DNA of 64,000 bases from Balanoglossus misakiensis (lineage: Eukaryota; Animalia; Hemichordata): NCBI GenBank assembly GCA_040954595.2, contig CM082578.2, positions 11,911,166 through 11,975,165 on the forward strand. The letters run 5' to 3'. Every line of letters starts with the position of its first letter. The first letter of the stretch is position 1. Positions 14,001 through 26,000 of this stretch are shown in pieces. Under the pieces are notes generated by a model. The model worked only from the letters and a program-made list of their open reading frames with translations. It made no database searches and had not been told where the DNA came from. The position numbers and the translations under genes are program-made.

Positions 14001-17000
14001 GTAGAATATATTGAACCTAGCATGAATCAGGGGGTGTGTTTTCTGTTACAGATGATCATGAATTTATAGACAAAATGAAAATTTTATTCCTTCATAATAT
14101 TGTTAGCAATAATGGTGCTTGTACTGCCAATAATTCATGTTATATAATAATAATATCATGGATGATGAAATGATACGTTTGATACGACTTAAGGGCAAGA
14201 TGGAAAAACCTGTAAATACTAATCTTTTCCTTAAAAATGTTTGAGTTAGGGACAGTATTTCACAGGGGAAAAAAACGGGAAGTTACAACCTGGAATTTAC
14301 TTTAATCTTCCGATAGCAGGTGCCTTTCCATATCTGCAGGACTTCATTGTTATACTGAATATATAGTCATGCAGTTTCTTGGGCAGTACTACAAGGCAAT
14401 ACCTCACAGGGGAAATTGGAGTCTTCAATTGTCTCGCGCATTTCTGATGACCTTTTTCTTTCAAATACTAATTCTGCTCGCTTTTTCCAACACAGATATG
14501 TTATGCAGGCCTTGGAGGACCACATGGAAGATGCGGCCGTTCTCGCTGCTACCATGGAAACCATAGCCTCTCTGGCTAGTGCAGGTAGGAAGTCGTACAA
14601 TGAATTGCTCAGGTTCATTTAAACTGCCATGCCTTATGGCTTTTCACAGTCTAAGTCTCACAGGCTAGTTGTTTGTCTGATTAGTAATTACAAGATTGAC
14701 AGACCGTTTGCAATGGCAAATGTCAAGTAGAAATTTAACACCCGAGGGACAACACTCGAGGTCTCCATGAGAATTTGATCCTACGTTTCATTTTGATACT
14801 TTCTAGTACAGATAATTTCCCGTCAAGGATGATCAAGTGATTAGATTTCGCGTCATGTCTACTAATAACACAGTCTAGAATGCATTGTTCACGAGGTGTG
14901 CACATACAGGTAAAAGAGGCCAGTTGTTTACTTTGTCAGTGGTCTAGATTCAGGTACAGGTCAAAGGCCATTGACACTGACAACCGCAAAGGGCAGTTAC
15001 CCCAGTCCACTTGTGAGAAAACAAAAGAAAATCAATGAGAGACTAGCATTTCATTGGAATTGAGAAAATGTCTTTAAGTAAAGACTGGTGCATATTGAAA
15101 AATGTTGTGCATACTATGTTGTGAAACAAGTATTATTTAGATATGGACATTACTGGTGAAAAACATCCATCTTGTTTCCAAGAATGTGCATTGGATTTAT
15201 ACATGAACGTACATGTATGTCAACGTTGATGTACACTGCACTCCCCATACCCCCAAAATTTGACTTCGTCCCTGTCAACTAAGGAAGTCTAATGTATATA
15301 ATAGTAAAATGTCAGTGATGAATTCAAAGGAAAAAATGCGGGGCAGGTCAGAGAAACTAGTTTAAGTCAGTCTTAAATAGCCACTTGGATGAACAGAGTT
15401 TGAACTGTACCGGCCTACATAGCCATCTGTTTTATCAGAAAAAGTTGCAAGTTCCAAGAAATTGCTACTGATGGATGAGATGGCGAAAGTTGTGTGTATA
15501 TACTTTCCATTGCCCTCTGACATGTATGTCAGATTCAGCTAAAAGTTATGGTGTACAAATATAGGCCATTGATCGAGAAACCTCTTTTGCATGCAGTTCA
15601 ATGTACGGTCATGTGAACTGTATTGTGGTGTTTATTGTACCGGTATAGTGGCAGCAAGTACTCGTACTTTTCTACAGTAAGTACCTGTACAGAATGGTGT
15701 TGTGAGTTCAGACTTTGTTACACTTAATTGTGAAGAAAAGATTATCATGCTTCGATACTGTGAAGAAATCAGGTTGGTTATTCTCTTCCTGTGGTTATGA
15801 AAGTTGATTGCTGATTGCTGATTTTGCCAAAATCTGTTTGATTATGGAGCGGTTGTAAATAAAATGACACCGGTTTCTTTCTGTGTTTTTTTTGTCTACA
15901 GCCAATCATTGCCAGTTCATGTTAGAGAAGGAAGTTGTCACATCGGTCGTCAGCACAATGAGAACGTTTGAAACGGACACAAATATTCAAATCAATGCGT
16001 GTAAAGCATTGGCACAGCTCTTGAAAAATGGTAAGTCTGATGGAGTAACAGTATGTTGTATTTGAACTTAATATCTAATATTGGCAATTCTGGATAGCAA
16101 GAGCAGTTCTGATCAGCACTCCACATCAGCCTTGTTTTGTGGTGGTTTCTTTTCCATGGTTTTTATTTGCCCAGAACAGAATTTTCACCACCATAATTGA
16201 TGAGGTGTTCAGAGGTTGACTCGATTGTAGGTGATGGACAAGTCTATTTTCTGCTTTCCTTTTCCCATTTGATTAATCTTTAAATCATGACTGAAATGTT
16301 GTGTCGCTTTTCAGATGCCAATCGTCAGTTTGAAATGGTGTGTTCGAACGACTACAGAATCATCACACAAGCCATCAAAATGCACAGTAATTCTCCGCAA
16401 CTCTTGGAATACGGCTTTGCAGTGTTACGGCTGCTATGCAGTACGAGTAAGTTAAATCAACAAGCTTGTTTATATGTCAGTCCAAGTGATTTTGTTCTGA
16501 ACTGTGGCTCGAACTTTCATGCTGACATTCATGTATGTATGAAGTTTTAACAGTACTGAAAGCAGTTTCTTACATCAGCTTCAGAAAGTCGAAAGTCAAA
16601 TGTGATGTTTCCCCCCATGATTTCTGAATAAGACATTTAGTACATTAATTTAAACTGTTCTGGTTATTTTTTATATTTTCAGTTGATGGCTGTGATGTGC
16701 TTTTGCATGATGACATTCATGTGTCAGTCATGGATGCAATTAAACTATATCCTAAATCAACGGGTGTCAATTCAGAAGGCTGTGGTTTACTAGATGCACT
16801 GGCTTACGATGGTACGTGTGTTCATATTATTGAAAGTAATTCTAAGACACTACACTGAAGTGTAGTGAAAGTGAAAGGCTTACAAGAAGAGAAAAAATTC
16901 ACACCATTTTACCTAGCCTGTTATTATCACAGTATAACTTTTTCAAAGAACTTGCTTTTTTCATCCAGTGTGCAACATTTTCACTCTCTATCCAGCATGG

Positions 17001-20000
17001 GGTTACATTGTCCAGAATACACGGTCTCACAGCTTAATATAATCCATTTGAAACCATTCTGTCATTTCATCTGTATGGGGGCAGCAATCTTGAATTTCTC
17101 GATCTTCCTCCAGTTAAGTGCAATTTATAAAGATGTTCAATCACTGTTGTTATCTCTGCGACAGATGACAGTCGGCGTCTGCTAGAAGTGCGTGGATGTT
17201 CGCCGCTCATTTTGAAGTCTTTGAGAACACATCGGGACTGTGCAAAACTCCAAGCCAGGGCAATGAGTGCCTTAGCTAAGCTTTGTAAGTACTTGATTTT
17301 TTTGTAAATAAAAAGAGTGATCATTTGATCTCCTCCATGTGGAGATACATGTATTGCTGCAATTATATATATATATATGTATAACAGCATTTTCAGTCTT
17401 CGTTTGAAAAAATCTTCGTACCAAGTTATTTAATTTATTTTCAAAGCGCCACACTTCACAAGATACAGTTACTTCTGTGCCACTTTGAGAAGCACTGATT
17501 TTCTTCATTTGTGGTTTAAAAATTGAATAGCAGATACAATGTACAGTACACCCTGTGTTTTATTTCTTTTTTTATAAATACTAAATTGTGCTAACTATCA
17601 GATCTGTTTTGTGTTAGTGAATGATGTGAGTTATCTGGTGTTGTTGCATCCAATAGCTGATGCAACATTTCAATCGAGGGCGAACATGTTCCAAACAGAT
17701 TACGAAGATGACTGGTTGGAGGACGTATACAAAGCAATGTCTTTATACCCTGGAGAGTCTGCAGTCCAGGTAAAATATTGTTTCCATGGCCTTTCATTCT
17801 TGTTGTCATCTAGATCAGCCAATTCTTGTACGTGGCGGATTGAATGAAAAGTTCAATTTGTGAAAAATGTGCAGTTATATTTTATTGAGCAATGATTCAC
17901 TTTATACGGTAGTTCCTACTGATCAGCTTGGATACACATGACCATTTTTTTTCATCTTGACTTTTTTTCATGACAGGAAGCAGCCTGCAGAGCGCTGGCG
18001 AAATTGATGAAATACCGTCCGCAAAACATTGAGAGAATCGGGGAAGATCAAAACATGTGAGTGATTGTTACATTACTAAGTATTTCCCTTGAGCAAAGTG
18101 AAAGTCATAAACCCCTGCTGTTGAGTGTTGATCCATGGATTTAGTCACCACATGAGCATTTAAAACATTACGCGTGATTATACACATAGAATGACAGATA
18201 TATATTATATTTTTTGTTGCGAACACCAGGATCGACATCCATACTAAATTATTGACCTCTTTGATGGTCCACATCGATGACTGCCATGTCTTCCAATCAG
18301 CGTGCAGCGCTATCTACACCATCACAGCAGAAAATGGTACGTTGTCATAGTAATAGATGATTTTCCACTTATTGCGAGTCTTGGTCAATTGTCGTCACAT
18401 CTCCCTCTGCATACTTACCATTTATTGGAATTCCTGCCGCCCCAATTATCAAAATCAGCTACTGAAAAAAGCCAACAGCTTTTTATATCTCCACATTAGA
18501 GCTTCACTGCACATCCCTTGCGTCTCTGAAACTACTTACGGCTGAATTGCATGATATCTCCTCACCCCTACTAATGTATGTGACCCTTTGCATGTTATCT
18601 GTTCTAACTCACCCGGTCTTTGCTTGTTGTCTAGTCTAACTCACTCACTAACACCACTGCATGCTGATATCTAACACTCTTGTTCCTTATCTATTGTATA
18701 TGCATGCGCCTGCACCCATCTTGCCTGTTTCGTGGAATATTCCTTAGCACTTCCCGGCACTAACATTCCGAAGGGACCGCAAAAATCACGGGCACCTCCA
18801 CGCGGTAGTAGTGTGCCGGCGGGGATCTGCAGTAAGTCTGACATCACCAGAAAAACAATGAAATGTGTAAACGGGGTCCATGAGAAGTGATATAAAACTA
18901 GTATTTGCTGTAAATGTCTTGAAATATCAAAATGAAGTCATTGTGATAGGTTCAGTGATTATCATTAAGTTTGACGCAGAGTTTATATTCAGTGATGATG
19001 ATTATTTTCATAAATTGCTAAAAGTGACAGTGTGAAAAATGTGTTATTTAACTAATTCTTGTATTTTTGATACATGTAGAGAAACTGCAGTCTGTGATGA
19101 TGGAAAAGGGTGGATACATCCCAGTCCTGACAGGGCTTCAGAAACATCTGTCCATACCAGGTGCACAGGCTATAGGCTGCAAAGCTATCAGGGGACTGAC
19201 TCTGTTCAGGTAAGATTTACTTCTTGGAAAGGCAAAGGTACTGGAACTTTTGAAGGATTTCAAGTAGATTATAAACATTCTATGCATATCTTTCCCATCA
19301 GTTTTAACTAATCTTCAATCTCATGATCAAAATAAACCCTGTCGTTTGCATAGACTGAATGTAGAAATCATTTGAGACAATCTTCCACTCACATCTGCCA
19401 TTTTGTCACTTAATGACACAATTTGAACCCAACTTTTTGTTTATCCACCAAACTGATTTTTTCTTTCAAAAGTACGACGCTATTACATGTATAATAATCA
19501 ATCATTTTGTTGTGTCTTCCTTCCTGTGTACAGTCCTGATTACAAAGAGACTTTGGTGTCCTGTGGTGCCCTCAGTGACATCATAGCAGCTTTCTCATCA
19601 CATCCTGATGATGTAGAGGTATCCACAGAAGCCATTGGTGCAATCGCTTGTCTGGCTGATGTCGGTGAGTATTAAAGGTGTCATGTCATAGTGGAACTTG
19701 AAATTCAATTGTCTGGTGAAGGGGAAATGAGAAGCCCCACTCATTTTAACAGTTTTTCAGTTTCCACAAACTTGTTGATTTCCTGGAATTACAGAAGTAG
19801 TGCGGCATCAGTGCATAACGGAGGCAATCCATGAATCGATTGTGGATCAAATGAACGCTCATCAGACGTGTGAGGCTTTACAAGAGATGGCATTGGAAGC
19901 TCTTGCTGTACTCTCCACTACAGGTGAGAATTAACCCATTTATGTTTTATTAAACTGAAATAGTTTGGGTACAATTGTGACCAGGCAGTGGGGATTTGCT

Positions 20001-23000
20001 CTTGTGGGATGTAAATTAAAATTAAACACATATCTGAAATACTCACTTCATGTCAGTCTTGTGTTCTGAATATGCTGGTGTGGAATCCTGACTAAACCGT
20101 AATATTCTGTTTGTCTTTGGCAGAGGAGGTGTATGGTTTACTCAAGGAAACTCAATCTCTGTGCTCAACTGTGAATGCTATGCAAAGATTCAGTGATTCC
20201 GCAGGCAAGTGTCCTCCTGTTATGCCCCTCCTACTACTAGTATTCCTTCACCAGTAAATTTCATCATCTTGAAAAAAACAACGACATTGTGTCTAAATAC
20301 ATGTGAAAGCTAGTCAAAATTCATTTGAAGGCATGTATAAATGTATATGATGTTATTGAACCTTGCTATGGTGTGAACTAAATGAATGATCAATGCTCTT
20401 GTTCTTTATTTCCGTACAGCAATTCAGAAGAAAGGCTGTGTTTTGTTACAAGTTCTTGTTAGCCCTATGCAGCTATCTGATCTTGACTTCTGTGAAACAC
20501 TGGCTGACTTGATAATCAGTGCCATGAAAAACTTTCCAATGGTATTCGGAGTCCAGGCTGAGGTGAGTTGATGTGTGTCTAGCTGAACACATAAGAAGTG
20601 TGTGTTACTGCATACATCTACTCCTAAACAGTGCCCCCCCCCCCCCCCCCCCAACTGGCAGAGTGGCATTAGAGGCAGCACCCTGAGACTAGAGAACTGG
20701 AGACTAAAACTGTACATGTTTCTGTGATTAATTAATACCAATAAAACTGTTTATTTTGTTGCTTTTAGGGATGCGTTGCAATGCAGATTCTGTCGGAAAT
20801 GTCAGATCAGATGAGTGAAGTGTTCGTTGCCAAGGACGGTCATGAGCGCTTGTTCTGTCTGCTGGATAACCACTCAGAAAACACAGGTATGAGCTTGGAG
20901 AGAGAGAGAGAGACAGAGTCAGGAAAGGAAAGACAAATAGCTCTTGGTTTTATCCACTTGATAATCACTCTGAAAATGCACATGAGAAATGGGTGAAAGA
21001 AAGAAAGAAGAGAAAGATAGAAGCTGATGAGGGAGGGAAGAGAATGATAGACAGATAGACCAATAGCGTCGGGAGGGTGACACATGTTGACTGATCATGC
21101 ACATCAGTGTTGTATGTCGTCCTATGGAAGACACAAATGAAAGACATATCTAATGCAGTCATTTTCTTTTCGTAGGTCTTGTTGATCTCGTCTGTGAGTG
21201 TCTTTTCGTTCTTGGCTGTATAAAAGACCTCAAAAGTCAGATGCTACTTTCAGCATGCAAAAAAGGACTGTTGACGGTAAGTGCTATTTTGCAACAACAA
21301 AAAACGATGAAACAGGGTAAAATGTAGTATTTTAATGCTATTCTCCAGGGTATATATGTATGTTTTTTTACTCAGTGTCAGTTTCTTTCTGGGTTTAATT
21401 TCAGGGAGTGGAATGCCTTGTTCAGCTCGGTGCTGATGTGAATGTAGGCGAAGGCGTTGACACGCCACTCTGCTATGCTTGCAAGAGAGAAGAAATCGAC
21501 ATGGTCAAACTGCTTCTCAGACAGGTGAGATGTGTGATACAAGATACAATGTATCGATACTCATCAGTGGAAAATGATGATGCCTCTAGATGTGGATTGC
21601 TAGGAAGCTTGTATATAGATTGAGTTCACCAGCTGAAGTTGTTTGCTGAAGTTGTCTATGTTGTTGATTGCAGGGGGTGACAGACATGCAGACAGCGTTG
21701 AAGATGTCTTTGGAGCAGAAATCCCAGTGCATTGTGGGACTGCTCCTAAAACACATGGGTCATGACAGAGAAGGTAATCAGAGCTGTGAAATTCAACTGT
21801 GCAGGTTACAGACATACAGTCAACATTAATTTGTTTGGTGGTGCCATTTTTGCTTAAGGTGACACGCCTATGAGTAAAGTGGCCTCCAAGTGAAGGTCTG
21901 AGACTGGCGGAGATTTCGAGTGTCCATGATGTATTGACTGTCTAATGTAACTGTGTCAACACCTTTATTAGATTAAGCTCAGCTACATTTATTGTTCAAG
22001 TGTTTCATGGTCACTGAATGGAAAGTTCACGCAAACATCAATTTTGAAGTCTTGAAGGATGTCTCTAAATTGAGCTTCCAAAACGTGACACTTCTGTTCT
22101 CCATAGCTAACATCTTATACTTGTTTATTATTGTTCAGCTGGTATTGTGTCCTGGAGTGGACTGGGTCTTGGCCCACTGCAGCCGGAGTGGTTTTACCCA
22201 ACTCTGCTGGGCAGAGCGTACACTAACTCCCAATCAAGTAGGTTTTATCATGTGTGAATACCTGTGTAGTGGCTTGTTCATGCAGTCAAATGATATCTTG
22301 ATACAAAGTTGTGACAATTTACAATATACCAAATTAAAGAAAACCTGATATATGTTCACTTGCATTAGAGATGTGTCTTTACTAGTGTTCTTTAGCAAAC
22401 TTACCTTTATCATCTTTGAGTCGATTTGAGGATTTCTAGAAATTACTCTGGAGTCAGCCCTGTACCTTTGCATGTAGTGTGGATAATTTTCTTGAGTCAC
22501 CAGTGAGTTTGTTTAGTCAGTGGCGCATCATATTGTTTTATGAAAGAACCATATTGTTTTGTACTGGAGCATGCAACTTGACTCGTTGGATGCATTGGAT
22601 GTCTTTGGTAGCTATGTACATTTTCACTGATGGGATTCTCGTCTGTTTTTCCTGTTTGTGTGTTGGCAGTTTTTGTGGTTGGCAGAGATCTCGCCCAGAA
22701 GATACGAAAATCTGAAGCGAAGCGATTACACAGGCAGAGGACCCAATCATGGAGTACTTCATCCGCAGGAAAGGAGAGTCCTGAAATCAAACTGAACATC
22801 CGATATCCGTGGTATTCAAGCCAGCAGAGCCTACACAGACTTGGACTGGAGTTTCCTCTGCCTAAGATTTCAGGCCAAGCAGGTGAGTACATGTACTACC
22901 ACAGTTACCATGAAGACAAACTTGACCGGAGTTCCAAGCGATGTATATGTCTGTACCATAGTTTTTGGCGGAGTTACTTTTGCATGGTTTAATCCCAATT

Positions 23001-26000
23001 TAACAGTTCTAGTTTTGATTGTGTATGTGGTATTCTACTTTTTCATGAATTTCTTTAACTTCATCTGAATTCCACAGACAGTACAGATGAGGAGTCACCG
23101 TTTTCTGAAATGGAGGAACCCTATGTAAGCACACCAAGGCGGCTATCCATGAGGACACGGCACAGCTCGCTTGATTTGCTCAGTCGTCCACTTACATCTA
23201 TAGGTACTGTGTGCAACATTTTGAACCTAAACATTTACTAACAAACATAATAATTTTTTAAGTAACATAATAATCATATACTAGTATTATAAATGCCTTA
23301 TTCTCTTGACGGATGGGCATCTGTTGATGCTGAAGATGGTCAAGATGAAGATGGTTAAAACGAAAAACCTCTTACAACGAACAAACAGTCATAGTCCCAA
23401 ATTGAAACCATTGTTTTCTATGGCCTTTCATACCACTTGAATGAAGGTACCTTAATCAAACACCACTTGTAATGGAGACATTTTCATTGTGCAATAGAAA
23501 TACTTTTTTGTGTACATGTGTATGCTGTGAGATTATCTGACAGCTGAAGTCACTGAAGACAGTATGTCTCATTGTTTCAGATGGACGTAGAATGAGTGAG
23601 TACGCGGACGCCGCGACACTGTGTATTGAGGAGGAAGACTGGCAGAAGTTCAGCAAAACTAGTGCCAATTTGCCAGTCAGTCCGTTTGACCCGAGGTCAC
23701 CATGGTACAGTAGCAGTGCATCTACGTGTAGTAAGTGTCATTCTCAAAAGCCAAGAATGTTTTTTTCTCAGTGATTTATGACACTCTGTGTCGAGCACGG
23801 ATGCTTATCCACTGTCGAGGTTTCAACACTTTAATGAATTGAAAGGTTTGGAGTTCTGGTCTAGTCTTGAAAAATGTGTGATCTCCCGTGCCTAACATCC
23901 TTTTGACAGTGGAAAGTGTTTTACTGATATTGATGCTGTCATTTGTTTTAAATGTTACATCTTGCTTGACCACTTATGGGAATTCATCATTTGACTATTA
24001 TCTTGTTTTTGTGGCCAATCACAGGCAGCCTTTCAGGTAGCTCTGGAGCATGGTATCCACAGATAGTCACTCGTGGAGAGGCAGACGGCCAATCAACATC
24101 GCCCACCGACTCACCGCGAAATTCTCCCGTCCCATTCTCTCAGTCTGATAAGGTAATGGCCAATAATAGAATAATATAATACAATTACAAAAGAATGCAG
24201 TATAAACAAATTATCCAGTCTTGGGAAAAAAAGTTGAAACACTTCATCACTTGTATTTTAAATGAATATCTAAAGACATGATCTTCCAGCCTGAGTCAGT
24301 AATCATTTTTCTCCCACTCCAGGAAGGGAAGGCTGTAAGAAGTTTGTCTTTGGAGCCGATTTACTTAACGCAGCGCCCATCCACTGATGTTGAAGGTATT
24401 TATAAACTTATCTTGGATTTTTTGTTAAGCATGCATGAACTGTCATTCAGTTTATTGTATTTATTTAAACTGGTAAGTTAAAAGTGAACATTTTTGTGGT
24501 GATAAGTTTCTTTGATTATTGGGAATGTCAGTAGATTGTCTCAGTGTGCAGCCATTCTGTTTTCTATTTTTTGGCCCACTTGAGAAATCTGTCGCTGCAC
24601 TCTGCGAAATATATACAGACAAAAAGTTGCCAAAGCTTCAGCTGTGTGCTTAACCCCCCTCCCACCCCTGTTTTCCACATGAACAGGTCCAACTTTACAA
24701 AACAGACCGTTGTAGAGTTGGACCGAACTATTGCTTGCAATTGGCAATTAGGAGGGTTAAGGTTAGCTTTTGCAGATGAGGGCAGTGAAATTCTTTTAAA
24801 CGCTTTTCTGTAGATTCCAACAACAGTTCCGGCTGGAAAGGTGTGGCAAGGAAGTACCAACTCCAAGGTATGAATTTGGAACGTGAATCTAAAGTTGCGG
24901 AAGAACGAGATTTTAGATTCATGTGAAAGTTCATTCCTAGATTCTTCTGGTGCCTGCATGGGTATGCTTGCAGAAGACGTACTTTCTGTGTTTGCAAGGG
25001 TCTCTTGTCTTTCACTAAATTTAGAATAGTGCATGCATAATGCTTGATGCTGGCTATTTGGACAGGAGTGTGCCTCTATTTTCGAAATAAATTACATATT
25101 GTAATATAATTGCCATTATATGTATGTATGATCACTTAGTTTTTTGTCTCCCGTCTGACACAGAGAGTCCAAGGCGTTCGGCCACGATGGGGTCAATCGC
25201 TACAGAGGGGTCTCTGCAGCTGAGTGTCAAACACTTTGATCTGTCCTCCAACCACATCATGAGTCTGGAGCACATCGCCCTCGCCGACCGGATGCTGCTC
25301 TCCAAGTTCAAAAGTATTGAGAAGTTGGAACTGAGCAACAACACGCTGGAGCAATTTCCGATTGAGCTCGCAAAGGTGAATGGTGTTTTTGTTTATTTTT
25401 TTGACACCAGTTGCACTTGTTGGCTGATATATTCTTCGCATTACAACGTAAATTTGTCCACTAGCATCATTAGAATCTACAGAAACAGACCGACTGTTGA
25501 TAAAAAGACTGAGAAAATGAGTCACAGGTAAATGCAAAGAGGCTAGCAAAGTCCACTTGAAAAATAGATGGAACTTGGAAAACAGAGAGGCAAACGAACA
25601 AAGCAAAACAAACAATAAAACAAAACAAACAAAATAATATTCTTGACTTTTCTTTGACTAACAGGCTTTACCAAGTCTTCAACAGCTGCATCTGCAGATG
25701 AATAAATTTGAAGTTTTTCCGTCCCACTTGTTAACAGTTGGTCAGCTGAAAGTGTTGGATTTGTCAAATAACAGAGTGAGTTGAATTTTTGAGCAGTGAT
25801 TTCTGTTATTATAAACCGGTTGAAATTAAGTGTCACTGACAGACTACGATTGCATGAGACCAAGGGTTAATATTTCCTCATCCCTTATACCACTTCTTCT
25901 CTCTCAGATAAAAACGGCAACCCAGAAACCCTGTGTGACCTCATTTTCACTGCGCGAGTTGAACATCTCGCACAATGAATTGGCGGTAGTTCCAGAATGG

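Larger units (their letters stand above)
8016..21276 (+). other. LRRK2: LRRK2 N-terminal armadillo-repeat region (exons)
   Basis: Repeated ~40-aa helical units, e.g. [75 protein letters not shown]; roughly one unit per exon. An N-terminal ARM domain distinguishes LRRK2 from LRRK1. Confidence 0.8.

Noticed and set aside
9098-14495. Possible nested gene in the 5.4-kb LRRK2 intron 3 (ORFs 12076-12492 and others)
   Set aside because: ORFs have intron-like composition, no motifs and no consistent exon chain on either strand.
24564-25034. 156-aa antisense ORF, and other antisense ORFs over LRRK2 and TATDN2 exons (e.g. 51144-51653, 38613-39041)
   Set aside because: No domain motifs; explained as shadow ORFs of sense exons or chance.
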